DNA from: an uncultured bacterium
GTDB taxonomy: Bacteria > Babelota > Babeliae > Babelales > Babelaceae
Direction of reading: 5' to 3'
Length of the DNA: 64,000 bases
Assembly (NCBI GenBank): GCA_963819815.1
Contig: CAWFXL010000001.1
Span: 448,001-512,000, forward strand
The position numbers and the translations under genes were made by a program. Of the stretch, positions 48,353 to 59,278 are shown one piece after another (positions within the stretch are counted from its first letter, which is position 1; each line of letters opens with the position of its first letter). The notes below the pieces were generated by a model that was given only the letters and a program-made list of their open reading frames with translations, was not told the origin of the DNA and searched no databases.

Positions 48353-49176
48353 ACGATTCCTAGCTGTCGGCCAAAACGTTGGGTAAGATACTGCTTAGCT
48401 TCATCGCTTAGTCTAGGCAAATGTGCTGGTGGATTTGTTATGAAACTACGTGAAGAAAAACCTTCATGATTTCTGATTGAAGCATCTGCACCATTAGCGA
48501 GCAGTAAAGAAATGATGTCCCCCTTATGAAATCCTGAGTCTAGAATGCAGTAAAAGAGTGCTGTGTTGCCAGTGCGAGACTGCGCGTTTACCTGAGCACC
48601 ATTCCGTATGAGAAATTTCATAATATCTCCTACGTAGAGTGGATTTTGGCGGGCATAATGCAATAATGGTGTATTACCCTCTTCATCATACCTATTAATA
48701 TCAGCTCCCTGAGCGAGCCAATATTGAGCTTGATTAAAATCAGCTAGCTCGAGAGCCTCAAGAAACTTCTTTTGTGCATCGTCTGCTTTTTCATGCTCGT
48801 TAACGAGTAAAGAGCCATTGTGTACTGAAATCTGTCCCATTGGATCAATTACAATATGTAGATCAGAAAAACGCTCTGGAGAATGCGAAATTATTGTTGG
48901 TTGATTAACATTATAATCCCACACCTCTATCCCTGATCGAGTTACGCGTATTGCCTTAGTACCCACTAGTGAGCTCGAAATAAAAAGATTATCCCGACCT
49001 AGATTTGTATTCAGAATAGACGAATCTTCGGTCGAAGGTATCATTATTGCCTTAGACCCGGGTTGATCAGGTAGAAAAACCATGCACGGAAGATCTGATT
49101 GGTTCGATATAACTATTTTTTCTGCATAGAGCGCATAGTTCATTAATAGAGCTGCGCAGAATATCTGTATTTTCAT
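48349..49176 (-). CDS. Secreted protein with a beta-rich N-terminal region and C-terminal ankyrin repeats
   Basis: Start moved to MKIQIFCAALL (AAGGA RBS); GNTPLLHYA, GNTALFYC. Confidence 0.85.
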   Translation of the reverse strand: MKIQIFCAALLMNYALYAEKIVISNQSDLPCMVFLPDQPGSKAIMIPSTEDSSILNTNLGRDNLFISSSLVGTKAIRVTRSGIEVWDYNVNQPTIISHSPERFSDLHIVIDPMGQISVHNGSLLVNEHEKADDAQKKFLEALELADFNQAQYWLAQGADINRYDEEGNTPLLHYARQNPLYVGDIMKFLIRNGAQVNAQSRTGNTALFYCILDSGFHKGDIISLLLANGADASIRNHEGFSSRSFITNPPAHLPRLSDEAKQYLTQRFGRQLGIV

Positions 49177-49601
49177 AAGTGGTGATTCCTTTAAGTATGC
49201 TAGTTTAATTATCAAATTATTTCTAATTGTAGCACGAGGCAAACAAAAATTCAACAATTGACTTATTGTGCCCAAGTGTTTATTTCATAAACAACTACCC
49301 ACAGGGCCTTATGCTATAGACCAACTTTAAGAGACACCCATTCGTAGCAATTTTCGAGGCACCCAAACGTCCAATAATGCTATTCAGAGGACCTTAAGGG
49401 CGCATTGTGACTTGATAGCATTGGTCTATTCTTTGCTACTTTCCTCATAATTCTTTTTTGTCCGGCACAAAGGTCTAAAAATTGGTTTTCTGTACCCTAG
49501 AGCGTCATACAGATACACTACATGTACCTACAAAAAAACATGCCCCCCTCTTCATCTTGCCACCTATACAGGCAATAAAGTTTTCTCTTAGAAAGAATTT
49601 C

Positions 49602-49629
49602 TTGACATAAACTATTCATATTGTATTAT
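49602..49629 (+). promoter_or_regulatory. Putative sigma70-type promoter of 49711
   Basis: TTGACA-16 nt-TATTAT, about 80 bp upstream of ATG. Confidence 0.5.
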
Positions 49630-49710
49630 TAATGTAATGTAACTAGAGGACATCTCTCTGGCTCGCCCAGGGAAAAACATGAAGACAACCTCGTCGAAAG
49701 TGACTACGCC

Positions 49711-50775
49711 ATGAATACATCTACTCTTTTTTTCTCCCTACTCATTTGTCCATCTCTCTGTGCAATGGTTCAAACTGCACAGCTCGACTATGCAAAAACT
49801 AATCAGAAAGTTTCTTTAGCGACTGCTGATAATGCAACATTTACAGTAGATACTGAGTTTGCACAATCATGTAAAACTCTCAAGAACTGCATGGCGAATA
49901 GCGCTTCTTCCTCTGAAAACGAAGTAATACCCCTTGTTTTAGAGAGCCGTGAGCTTATGCTATTTTTGCCTATATATAGGTCCGAAAAACCTAATTACAC
50001 GGTCCTGCAAGATTATAGTTTTGATGATTTACTTACGGTTTTGCGAGTTGTTCAGTACTTGGAAATACCTAAATCTGAAACCGCGAACATATTAAAAAAA
50101 GTTGCATTGCGCTTAACGCGAGATGATTTCATCCATGGAAGAGGACAGGCTGTCCAGCCAAAACTTCCTCTCTATAAACGAGAACTCTTTTGGGTCTGGA
50201 ATAGTTTGTTTCTACTCTTAGGAGCATGCAATTATTGGGATTATGTCAGAGAGGGAGGGAGAGGAGTACCAGCCATCAGCGACTATTATAAGCCGCTTTT
50301 TCTTATGATTCTCCTGAATGTATGCGCAATTAGGTTAGATGCCTGGGCTACAAAAGATTCTTATCGCTCGAGAATTGAAAATAAAGAAGTTCAAGCAGTG
50401 GGCGATGGATTATTAACCGTAACCTATTTCGATAATGAAAATATCGCAAAACTTGCACACGGAATGTTTAATGATTCTATCAAATGTGATCTCCTCGTTC
50501 CTTGCATAGCTCCCAATATACGATTATGTCGATTGCTCAAAGGACAATCAGCTGTATTACCTTTGAATGAATTCGATATTCATGAATGGTCTAGCCACGT
50601 GAGTGTGGGACCTGGCCCGCATGCACCAAATACTTCAAATATAGAACGTATTAGAAAAGATGCGAAAGAAATGTCTATTCTTCTTACCCAAGAACTCAGT
50701 GCATCATGTATGCAAGAATTAATCACAAGACTTTCTCAACCGCCTGTTGAGCAACCGCAAGAACAAGAAGAATAA
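49711..50775 (+). CDS. Secreted Skp1/BTB-like protein with two probable internal transmembrane helices
   Basis: VSLATADNATFTVDTEFAQSCKTLKNCM..EVIPL..LLTVLRVVQYLEIP is Skp1-like; hydrophobic segments LFWVWNSLFLLLGAC and PLFLMILLNVCAI. Confidence 0.8.
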   Translation: MNTSTLFFSLLICPSLCAMVQTAQLDYAKTNQKVSLATADNATFTVDTEFAQSCKTLKNCMANSASSSENEVIPLVLESRELMLFLPIYRSEKPNYTVLQDYSFDDLLTVLRVVQYLEIPKSETANILKKVALRLTRDDFIHGRGQAVQPKLPLYKRELFWVWNSLFLLLGACNYWDYVREGGRGVPAISDYYKPLFLMILLNVCAIRLDAWATKDSYRSRIENKEVQAVGDGLLTVTYFDNENIAKLAHGMFNDSIKCDLLVPCIAPNIRLCRLLKGQSAVLPLNEFDIHEWSSHVSVGPGPHAPNTSNIERIRKDAKEMSILLTQELSASCMQELITRLSQPPVEQPQEQEE

Positions 50776-50811
50776 ACCAACGAGGTCTGCAAACTCCCGA
50801 AGGAAGTTCAG

Positions 50812-51021
50812 ATGAATGCCATGCTCGTCTTAGGTGTATCTATGAACTCAGGTCGCAAACAAAGAAAGCCCGTGATGCAGCAGATCATACATCCCATACA
50901 ACGGAGCACTCGCGCGTGCCATCAGTGTGGAAAAGCAGACGCTCCTAAAATGTGCTCTCGCTGTAACGCAGTATATTATTGTAACGCCGAGTACCAAAGA
51001 CAAAAATGGTCTTCCCATTAA
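50812..51021 (+). pseudogene. Degenerate MYND zinc finger fragment
   Basis: CHQCGKADAPKMCSRCNAVYYCNAEYQRQKWSSH*; one ligand Cys replaced by Tyr and a stop before the last Cys. Confidence 0.75.
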
Positions 51022-51306
51022 AAAATTGCCATTCAAAATAACTTGTCATTAAACCTATAGTTTGGGCGATGCACATAGCGCGTATTTAGATGCAGTCAAA
51101 ATACGTGACATACCATTCCAGGAGCAGTTCAAGAGAACAGTAGTGCTCGTAAGAATGTCATAGCAACTCCATAATTAGTATACAAGTATTTCGCATAGAT
51201 CTCCCTGTGTCAGGACTTTCAATTCATCGGGGCTCACGAGCAACTTTTAACAGGCTGGCCGAACAAGAACGTCCTGATGGTGGTACCCAAAATATTGCAT
51301 ACGGAG

Positions 51307-51458
51307 TTGACATACTCGCCCAGGAATACATTCCGGGGATTCTGGGATCAGACAGCGATAGCCAACAAAGTTGGTCTTATATCGCCTAACCCAAGAGTTA
51401 ATGCCCTAACTCGTTCGATATTTTTCGCAGCATTATAGTCTCTATCATGAGTGGTTCT
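51307..51458 (-). mobile_element. tnpB: IS200/IS605-family remnant: TnpB C-terminus plus right end (omega-RNA region), copy 2
   Basis: Reverse complement matches 8080..8231 with 8 differences in 152 nt; encodes THDRDYNAAKNI; ends GAGTATGTCAA. Confidence 0.9.
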
Positions 51459-51577
51459 AAGTAGATACATCACTCAGTACAAAGGCGAGGCTGTTCTGGC
51501 ACTATTTTGATTATTAAAAACTGTTACAGTTCACATGTGGTAGTATCAGCAAATGAGATACAGGCAAGAGTTGTTAG

Positions 51578-51612
51578 AAGATAGTACCTCGATGATCTCG
51601 AGATACTATCTT
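51578..51612. repeat. 15-bp inverted repeat (hairpin)
   Basis: AAGATAGTACCTCGA-tgatc-TCGAGATACTATCTT, one mismatch. Confidence 0.7.
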
Positions 51613-51659
51613 GAGCTTCTCATCCCCATACATACATTTAGGGGCCTTCCCGGCACAGA

Positions 51660-51820
51660 GGGTAATATTCTTATGCAGTTTTCGTTACCCTCAGTAGCAA
51701 GATGCAATGGTGTGCTCCCTCTAAATTTATCACTTCCAAGTACCTGGACATCAAAGAATTCTCCCGTGTCGATGAAATATTGGATGAGAGCGGCATGCCC
51801 AATTTTGCCAACATACTGAT
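51660..51820 (-). pseudogene. Ankyrin repeat gene fragment
   Basis: A frame not in the ORF track reads KIGHAALIQYFIDTGEFFDV..DKFRGSTPLHLATEGNENCIRIL, with in-frame stops upstream. Confidence 0.6.
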
Positions 51821-51944
51821 TATAGAATTATCAAATGAATCACTGACAGCAAGTGCTTGAAAAAAAATCAGTGAACTCATGCGCTCTATATTTCATCATA
51901 CATTCTTCCCACCTGTTACATATGTTTTAGTTACCTAGTATTTT

Positions 51945-54900
51945 TTAAGAAACCAGTTCTTGTCCAATTTTAGCGAGCAAGAAGCTAACAAGACCGCTTA
52001 TAGATGGATCTAAATAAGCGATAAATGTTCTACCGCTTTGGTCTTGAATCCGTGTATTAGCACCTTTTTCTATCAGGAGCGTCACGATGGACAGTAGCCC
52101 ATGCTTCGCTGCAAGAATTAACGCAGTTTCTCCTGCGCTATTTTGAAGATCAAGGTTGGCCTTGTGTGAAAGAAAGAGCCTTGTTAACTCCTCGTTTTTA
52201 TGAGCTATCGCTTTCATAAGAACCGTCCTGCCCTCAGCATCTTGCGTATTTATGTCCGCCCCTATTTCAAGGAGCTGCGCTATAACCGCTGTACCTTGCA
52301 ATAAAGCACAATGCAGAACAGTCATTCCATTAATACGTCTATTAACATTAAGATAGGGTATGTAGCCTAATTGAAGTGAAATCACTTCCACGGAAGGTGC
52401 AGGAACCTGAATATCAGGAGCTTGTACCCCTATATGTTCAGGTGCAAGTACGATCGATGACGTTTGTGCCACTGAAGCAGGAGTTGGCGTTGCTTGTGAA
52501 TGCTTTTCTTGAGCGCGGCGTAAAATCTGTACGGAGTAGAAATGGCCTTTTCGTTGAGCTTCCTCTAAAGGTGTTTCTTGAACATTATTTTTCATACTCA
52601 GTAACAATGGATAGTGGTCCGTTATCCACTCAATAATTTCAACATGAGCAGCTTTGTTAGCAGGAAAATCGCGAGCAGCCATATGCAATACAGTATCTCC
52701 GTTAGTATCCTTCACGTAGATGAGCTGTTCGCATCCTTGTGCTTTGCATCTGTTGATTAAGTTGTGCAATATATTCAGTCGGCTAGCTGCCATATGCAAT
52801 ATCGTAGATCCAGAATCATTTACGAGTGTCGTAAGTTCTGGATAGGATTCTTGCAGCCAATCGATCATCGGCTCATCTACATTAAGCACCGCTACGTGCA
52901 ATATTGTGTATCCCGTAGAATAGCGACAATGTACAAGTTCTGGATAGGCACCTGCCAGATATTTCGCTAATTCGATATGTTTACCCGCGACAGCAGCAAC
53001 AAGTATTGACTGTCGGAAGTTATTTACCTTCTGTACAAAATGCGGATAGTTCTCAATCAACCACTTTACCATTGGTAGATGACCATATCTGGCAGCCATA
53101 TGGCATACAGTATCACCAGAAAAGGGGAGCATATCAAGGAGATCGGGATAATTTTTTAAGAGCCACTGGACCAACTCCGAATGATTTTTTTGCGCTGCTT
53201 CATAGAGTATTGTCTCATTATACTGGGATAGCCACTTATGAGACGCTCCTTGTCTTAACAGATTTTGTACTGCTAATACATCTCCGTTTCTGGCCGCGTC
53301 AAATAGATCCTGTTTTAATTGAGCTTCTCGAGGTGCATCCAGGTTATTTTCTGCTTGGCAAGCTTGAGGAGTAGAATGTTTTTGAGTCGGTGGCACTATA
53401 ATCACATCGCTACTATCTGTTGAGTCATCATCTTCTTGGATAACAATTGTTCTCCGTTCTGAAAGCATTGTAGATCTTGAATTATCTACATCCGATTCAT
53501 TGGCTTTTACAACAGGTTTGTCTGAAGAAGATGGTGCACCGCTTGGCACAACAGCCGTTGGCGTCTGTCTACTTGTAGGAGTACCTGCTGCATGAGGAGG
53601 AGAGACCTCTCGTCCAGCAGATGGCAATGATTGTGAGGAAACACTCTTGTGCGGCAAAAGCCCTTGTTCCCGCTTTTTTACTAAATCTCGAATTAAATCC
53701 GCTAAAAAAGGAGCTGCATCAAAAACTGTTTCGCCCTTATTATTAGTAGCTGTTACATCCGCACCTCTTTCTATCAGCTCTTTTACAATCGCCACATTAC
53801 TGTTTCGCGCAGCTACATGTAAAGGTGTATTGCCATAACGATTTTTCGAATTAACGGGAGCTCCTTGATCCAATAGAGCAATAATCGTACCTGTATTACG
53901 ATTCCTCAGTGCTTTAAAGAATTCTCCATGCACTCCTGCAACCGAATTACCATTGGGACTTTCCACTGGCTTTTCAGATTGTTCTTTTTCATCCTGTTCG
54001 TTCGTCATTCGAGCTCTTTTTTCCGGAGTCGACTCACCAGAAGGAGTTCTTTTTTTTGTCGAATTATTCTTAGTATTTTCGTCAGATCCTGTGGAAATAG
54101 CTGCTTTCGGTGTAGAACCATTTTGTACAGAAATCGCTGCGTCCCGTTCTTTGGCATATTCACGAATAATGCGTTCGACTTCAGGATGAACTTTATCAAA
54201 AATTGTTTTACCTCTTTTATTCACGGCCCGTATATCTGCACCTCTTTTTATTAATTCTTTGACAACCGTCATATTGGTTGGTGTGGCCCTTCGCGCAGCA
54301 GCATGTAACAGAGTATTACCGTAACGATTTTTCATATTTACTGGTACACCTTGTTTGAGTATCGCTAATGCTTTTTGAGTATTTCCATTATAGATGTCTT
54401 TATGGACGTCTTTAAACAGCTTACTTTGGAGCGTGGAATCATCTTTTTCAATAACAATATTTTCCTCTCCGGCAGTTGCTGTGGAATCATCTTCAATAAC
54501 AATATTGTCGTCTGCGACAGTTGCTACTGAATTATCTCCAGATTGCTCAGGAACTTCCTCAGTAGGATTACTTACTACACCAGCCACCTGAACGGCCTTC
54601 TGCTTCTCAAGAGCTTGCTTTTGTTTTCCTACTAACTGAGAAATTAATTCAGCCACTTCAGGACGTGCCCCTTCGAAAACTGATCGACCTTTGTAATTAA
54701 AGTCAAAAACGTCAGCTCCTCTTTTTATAAGCTCATCTACGATTGTCATATCATTTTTTGTTGCGTTTCTCATAGCCACGTGCAGAGGCGTATCTCCACT
54801 ACGATTTTTCGCAGTTACTGGCACGCCCTGCTCTAGTAAATCAAATACTTTTCTACTGTTTCCTTGAGTGATATACCTAAATAATTCTTCTTCAAGAGAA

Positions 54901-55703
54901 TCTTCTTCACTATCGACATACTCCCAGTTGGACGACTCATTGTCCTCCTCAGATTGCTGACTTATCTGCTGAGGAGCTTTCCTTAAGCGAAGATCGGTCG
55001 AGCGTTGAGGCGTAACCGGGGATGAAGATTTAATGAAAGAAGTATCTAATCTATCAGGAACAGATATCTTTCGTTTGCCACTTGCACGAGAAATGGAAGC
55101 ACTTTTCGGGGCAGAAACCTGCTTCCGTTTATCTACCAACTCATAGAATAAGTCAGCTACTTCAGGGAGAGCACCTTCAAAAATTGCTTCGCCTTTATTA
55201 TTTAAGGCAGCTATATCAGCACCTGTTTCTATCAGTTTTTCTACAACGGACATATTGTTTTTCGTGGCAGTTCGCATAGCAATATGCAGAGGAGTATCAC
55301 CGCTGCGATTTTTTACGTTTACAGCTGCCCCTTGCTCTAATAATGCAAGAACATTTCCACTGTTACGATCCCTTAGCTCCTGAAATATGTCATTTCGATA
55401 ACGCATCTCATGTAGCGCGGCGACTGCGGTGGTGCTTTGTTCGCTTTCGTCATGTCCGGACTCGAAGCGCGATCTTTTTTCAGACGTGGAAGCAAAAGAA
55501 GAACTTCTTTTCTTGGTCGCTTGCACATGCTGGTCGTTAGTAGTCTCCTGGATGCTTTCAACCGTGCGCCTCAATACTTTTGCTGTACCTACATGTGCAG
55601 AGCCATCTCTTAGTTCTTGGTCAGCAATCTGAGCAATTTTTTCCATAGCACTCATGCCTTGAAAGCATAGTACTGCACCCAGCACTATCATAATCTTTTT
55701 CAT
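51945..55703 (-). CDS. Large secreted modular ankyrin protein with NLS-like motifs
   Basis: Start MKKIMIV at 55703 (AAGGA RBS); four KNR(S/Y)G(D/N)TxLH modules, a xYPxL-type ankyrin block, and a shared C-terminal block ending YLDPSI. Confidence 0.92.
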   Translation of the reverse strand: MKKIMIVLGAVLCFQGMSAMEKIAQIADQELRDGSAHVGTAKVLRRTVESIQETTNDQHVQATKKRSSSFASTSEKRSRFESGHDESEQSTTAVAALHEMRYRNDIFQELRDRNSGNVLALLEQGAAVNVKNRSGDTPLHIAMRTATKNNMSVVEKLIETGADIAALNNKGEAIFEGALPEVADLFYELVDKRKQVSAPKSASISRASGKRKISVPDRLDTSFIKSSSPVTPQRSTDLRLRKAPQQISQQSEEDNESSNWEYVDSEEDSLEEELFRYITQGNSRKVFDLLEQGVPVTAKNRSGDTPLHVAMRNATKNDMTIVDELIKRGADVFDFNYKGRSVFEGARPEVAELISQLVGKQKQALEKQKAVQVAGVVSNPTEEVPEQSGDNSVATVADDNIVIEDDSTATAGEENIVIEKDDSTLQSKLFKDVHKDIYNGNTQKALAILKQGVPVNMKNRYGNTLLHAAARRATPTNMTVVKELIKRGADIRAVNKRGKTIFDKVHPEVERIIREYAKERDAAISVQNGSTPKAAISTGSDENTKNNSTKKRTPSGESTPEKRARMTNEQDEKEQSEKPVESPNGNSVAGVHGEFFKALRNRNTGTIIALLDQGAPVNSKNRYGNTPLHVAARNSNVAIVKELIERGADVTATNNKGETVFDAAPFLADLIRDLVKKREQGLLPHKSVSSQSLPSAGREVSPPHAAGTPTSRQTPTAVVPSGAPSSSDKPVVKANESDVDNSRSTMLSERRTIVIQEDDDSTDSSDVIIVPPTQKHSTPQACQAENNLDAPREAQLKQDLFDAARNGDVLAVQNLLRQGASHKWLSQYNETILYEAAQKNHSELVQWLLKNYPDLLDMLPFSGDTVCHMAARYGHLPMVKWLIENYPHFVQKVNNFRQSILVAAVAGKHIELAKYLAGAYPELVHCRYSTGYTILHVAVLNVDEPMIDWLQESYPELTTLVNDSGSTILHMAASRLNILHNLINRCKAQGCEQLIYVKDTNGDTVLHMAARDFPANKAAHVEIIEWITDHYPLLLSMKNNVQETPLEEAQRKGHFYSVQILRRAQEKHSQATPTPASVAQTSSIVLAPEHIGVQAPDIQVPAPSVEVISLQLGYIPYLNVNRRINGMTVLHCALLQGTAVIAQLLEIGADINTQDAEGRTVLMKAIAHKNEELTRLFLSHKANLDLQNSAGETALILAAKHGLLSIVTLLIEKGANTRIQDQSGRTFIAYLDPSISGLVSFLLAKIGQELVS

Positions 55704-55758
55704 AATAACCATCCTTCATCGTTTTATTCGTTTATCTTACTATACTATTCCCAAGCAC

Positions 55759-58700
55759 TTATGATCGTTGGGCTAAGATTGCAATTACCAGTCCTTGTAT
55801 TGATGGATCTAAATAAGTGATATACATATTGCCTCGCTTGTCTCGCATCGCTGTATCCGCGCCTTTTCCAATAAGGAGCGTAACAAGAGATAAAGAACCA
55901 CCCTTTGCAGCAATAATTAATGCTGTTTCACCTACATTATTTTGCATATTTACGTTGGCATTTTTGCTCAGTAATAGCTGTATGAGTTCCTCATTCTTAT
56001 TTTCTACCGCTTGCATAAGAACAGTCTTGCCTTCACCATCCTGGGCATTAATATCAGCGCCCAGTGCAAGTAGCTTAAGTACAACGGCACTGCCTTGCAA
56101 TAATCCATGATGAAGCACAGTTTTGCCACCAATGTGTTTATTTACGTCAATAAAATCTACCCATTCAGGCTTATGTATCGTAACGCTCGCGGTTTGAGCC
56201 GGAGTAGCTTTCATAGTTTGTGAAGAAACATTCTCGACAGGAACTGATGTAGCTGGAGTCTGTGTCCTCGCTGTAGAAGCTATAGTACTTTTTATAGGTT
56301 GCGCCGGGAGCTGCGACATCTGTACTGGCGCCGAGTTAGGTTTCGGCATGTACGTAAATGTGCTTATGATAGGCCGAAATGGGGTTTGCGTAGCTACTAC
56401 TGCTGAAGTTCTTACAGGTTGCTGCTGAGATTGAGGCATTTGAATCATTGGCATATACCATGGCCAAGTTGTTGCAGGTTGAGATGCAAAAGATCTCACA
56501 ACTTGCTGTTGAAGCTGCGGATCAAGCGTCCCTGATGGAACTAAAGAAGGCCTTACGACAGGTTGTGATACAGCTTGTGTCCCTACCACCGCTGAAGTCC
56601 TCACAGGTTGCTGTTGGAACTGATACAAAGATTGTACGAGCATCATGCCAGGCACTGAACTCGGTTGTACTGTGTGATGAGGTACATTCGTAGCTGCTTT
56701 AGCTGCAGTTTGTGTCGCCGCAGAGCTTGTAGCAGCATTCGCGGACGGCTGTTGAGCAGGCTGCACGTTCGAAAGTTGCGGAGCACCTTGCTGGCAAAGA
56801 GCCGCTACCATATCCTGTTTATTATTTCCAATAGCTTCTTCTAACGGTGTTTTGTGCGCTTTGTTTTTTATAGTGAGTAGTCGCGGGTAATTGGTTGCTA
56901 ACCATGAGGCAACTGACGGTTTTCCCTTTAATACTGCAGCATGAAGACAGGTGTGACCCTCATTATCTTCGACATACAGTAATGATGGACATTCTTGCAC
57001 AAGATAATCTATAATGCGCCTTCCTTTTCTTATTGCTCCTGTATGTAATATGGTGGCACCCTGAGCAGTCACCAAGATTTTGAGGTCCGGATATTCTTCT
57101 ATAAGCCATTTTACCATGTCAGGATTTTTGCCTAGCGTCGCCGTATGCAGCACTGTGAGATTATTGCTGGCTAAAGACCTTACTAACTGAGGATAATTGC
57201 GTGCCAAATATTGCGCTATATCTAACCGTTCTTTCAATACGGCGGTGTGAAGGACAGACGCACTCATTGGGCTTAGTTTGTGAAAAAGTTCGGGACAGTG
57301 CTGTTCAAACCATTTCAGGAGATCAAAATGACCATGCATGACTGCAGTGTGCAAAGCGGTACCATCCACTGAAAGTCTATCTTTCAAATCTGGATACTTA
57401 CTTAAAAGCCACTGAACTACCTGTGTATGATTATGTGCTGTCGCTATATGTAATATTGTTTGCTGTTTCTCATCTACTGCTGTATGGGGCGCTCCGTCTT
57501 TCAAAATCCTTTGCAGATCAGATAGGTTACCCTTTTGGGCCGCGGTAAAAAGTAACTCTTCGTGCACTGTTCGAGGAGATGCACTCACGGTTTGTACAGG
57601 TGGAGTCGGTATCTGATCGGGTGAAACAGTTGAATTTTGGGAGGTTCCCGTCTGCACTACTTGAGTAGACATCTGATTTTTCTTTGCTGCAGAACCCTTT
57701 TTAACCTGCTCCGTTCTTAAACTTACTGTTTGGGTAGGTGGAAAAGGCCATACTGGTGTGGGTACGTTTGAAGCATTTTGCACAGTCGGCTGTGCCGGGT
57801 CTGCTTTTTGTCTGCTCTGAGAAGTTACAGTATTCTGCGCGGACAGAGGCAAACTAGTTCCTGCCTGCACAGCATTATGCTGGGCAGGAGAGGTACGAGC
57901 CGTTTTATCTTTATCATGCCCTGTCTGTTGCGTATCTTTAGGAGCCACTTTATGCAGTTCATCAGTTGAAGATAGAGTTCTTTTGACACCTGATTGCCTT
58001 GTTACCGCAGAGCTCGTGGAAGCTGTAGAAACTGCTTTAACCGTCTTGGTTTGTTTATCTGCTACTGCTGGCTGATCTGCTTGGTTGGTTACTGCTGTAG
58101 ACAAGCCAGGATTACTTTTTTTACTAGCTAATTGTGGATATGTGGCAGTTAACCACTGCGCTATATCATTATTATTATTGCTCCGAGCAATATCCACGCA
58201 GGTCTGTCCCTTATTGTTTTTTATATCGATCAAAAACGGGATACAGTTTCTCGCGATGTATTGTACTATCTCTAACTTGCCTCCCTTTGATGCAGCAGTA
58301 TGGAGTACTGTCCATCCATCATTGGTTCGTAATTTTTGAAGTTGAGGATCATTCGTCATCAACCATTGGGCCATTTTAATATCCCCACTAATTGTTGCCT
58401 CATGTAGAGCGGTCCAGCCATGCAATTCGCGCTCACGTAGTATATGGGGAAATTGCTCTGCTAAAAATTTCGCAATCTCGAAATATCCACGTCTGACTGC
58501 AACTTGAAGAGCCGTTCTTCCTGTCATATCTTTCTTTGCCGCTAAATCCCAATAATGTGTTGCGAGCCATTGAACTATTTCTAAACGATTATTAAAAGCT
58601 GCTTCATGTAATACCGTTTGCCCTTTATCGCCAAGCACAGTGTGCAAAGTTCCTTGGTGAATGATATCCTGCACATCTTTTAAAGTACCCTTTCTAGCAG

Positions 58701-59214
58701 CCTTAAAAAGATCCTTGTGGATTTTCGAAACTTCAGAAGATACATTTGTGCTACTTACAGCCTGTACAGGCTGACTAGCTGGAGTCGACGGTACCGCATT
58801 TGTTTGCGCTCGAGGGGATAACGCTAATCCTCCTGATGAACGTTGACCATTTTTTGGGGATGGGACAGTAGTTTGTGCCTTCTGCACCTGCATAGATTGT
58901 GCTTGGTTATTAATCTTCTGAGGTACCACCTGTTCCGCAAAATCGGCAAGACCGAGCAATGTTTGCGCAGCAGTCCTTATATCTGTCGAGCGATCTGACG
59001 GCTCAGTAAGAGGTCGTTCACTGCCAGTACGGGGCCGTTTTGTTTGCTCAGATTCAAATGGTACCCTTCTTTTTACAGCTGCTGATTCATTGGCAGAATG
59101 TAAACGAGCAGAAGTTGTTTGCTCTTGAGCCTCTGATCGTACGAGAGAAGTATTCATAGCGGTAATGCCATGAAAAAAGAGCATTACACTCATAAGTACT
59201 ATAAACTTGTTCAT
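55759..59214 (-). CDS. Large secreted modular ankyrin protein with Gln/Pro/Thr-rich linkers
   Basis: Start MNKFIVL at 59214 (AGGAG RBS); two xYPxL-type ankyrin blocks plus the shared C-terminal block. Confidence 0.92.
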   Translation of the reverse strand: MNKFIVLMSVMLFFHGITAMNTSLVRSEAQEQTTSARLHSANESAAVKRRVPFESEQTKRPRTGSERPLTEPSDRSTDIRTAAQTLLGLADFAEQVVPQKINNQAQSMQVQKAQTTVPSPKNGQRSSGGLALSPRAQTNAVPSTPASQPVQAVSSTNVSSEVSKIHKDLFKAARKGTLKDVQDIIHQGTLHTVLGDKGQTVLHEAAFNNRLEIVQWLATHYWDLAAKKDMTGRTALQVAVRRGYFEIAKFLAEQFPHILRERELHGWTALHEATISGDIKMAQWLMTNDPQLQKLRTNDGWTVLHTAASKGGKLEIVQYIARNCIPFLIDIKNNKGQTCVDIARSNNNNDIAQWLTATYPQLASKKSNPGLSTAVTNQADQPAVADKQTKTVKAVSTASTSSAVTRQSGVKRTLSSTDELHKVAPKDTQQTGHDKDKTARTSPAQHNAVQAGTSLPLSAQNTVTSQSRQKADPAQPTVQNASNVPTPVWPFPPTQTVSLRTEQVKKGSAAKKNQMSTQVVQTGTSQNSTVSPDQIPTPPVQTVSASPRTVHEELLFTAAQKGNLSDLQRILKDGAPHTAVDEKQQTILHIATAHNHTQVVQWLLSKYPDLKDRLSVDGTALHTAVMHGHFDLLKWFEQHCPELFHKLSPMSASVLHTAVLKERLDIAQYLARNYPQLVRSLASNNLTVLHTATLGKNPDMVKWLIEEYPDLKILVTAQGATILHTGAIRKGRRIIDYLVQECPSLLYVEDNEGHTCLHAAVLKGKPSVASWLATNYPRLLTIKNKAHKTPLEEAIGNNKQDMVAALCQQGAPQLSNVQPAQQPSANAATSSAATQTAAKAATNVPHHTVQPSSVPGMMLVQSLYQFQQQPVRTSAVVGTQAVSQPVVRPSLVPSGTLDPQLQQQVVRSFASQPATTWPWYMPMIQMPQSQQQPVRTSAVVATQTPFRPIISTFTYMPKPNSAPVQMSQLPAQPIKSTIASTARTQTPATSVPVENVSSQTMKATPAQTASVTIHKPEWVDFIDVNKHIGGKTVLHHGLLQGSAVVLKLLALGADINAQDGEGKTVLMQAVENKNEELIQLLLSKNANVNMQNNVGETALIIAAKGGSLSLVTLLIGKGADTAMRDKRGNMYITYLDPSIQGLVIAILAQRS

Positions 59215-59278
59215 AAAATCTCCTACTATTATTATCCCTATTATATCAATCATTCATTCTTATCTTTATTAAACGTCT

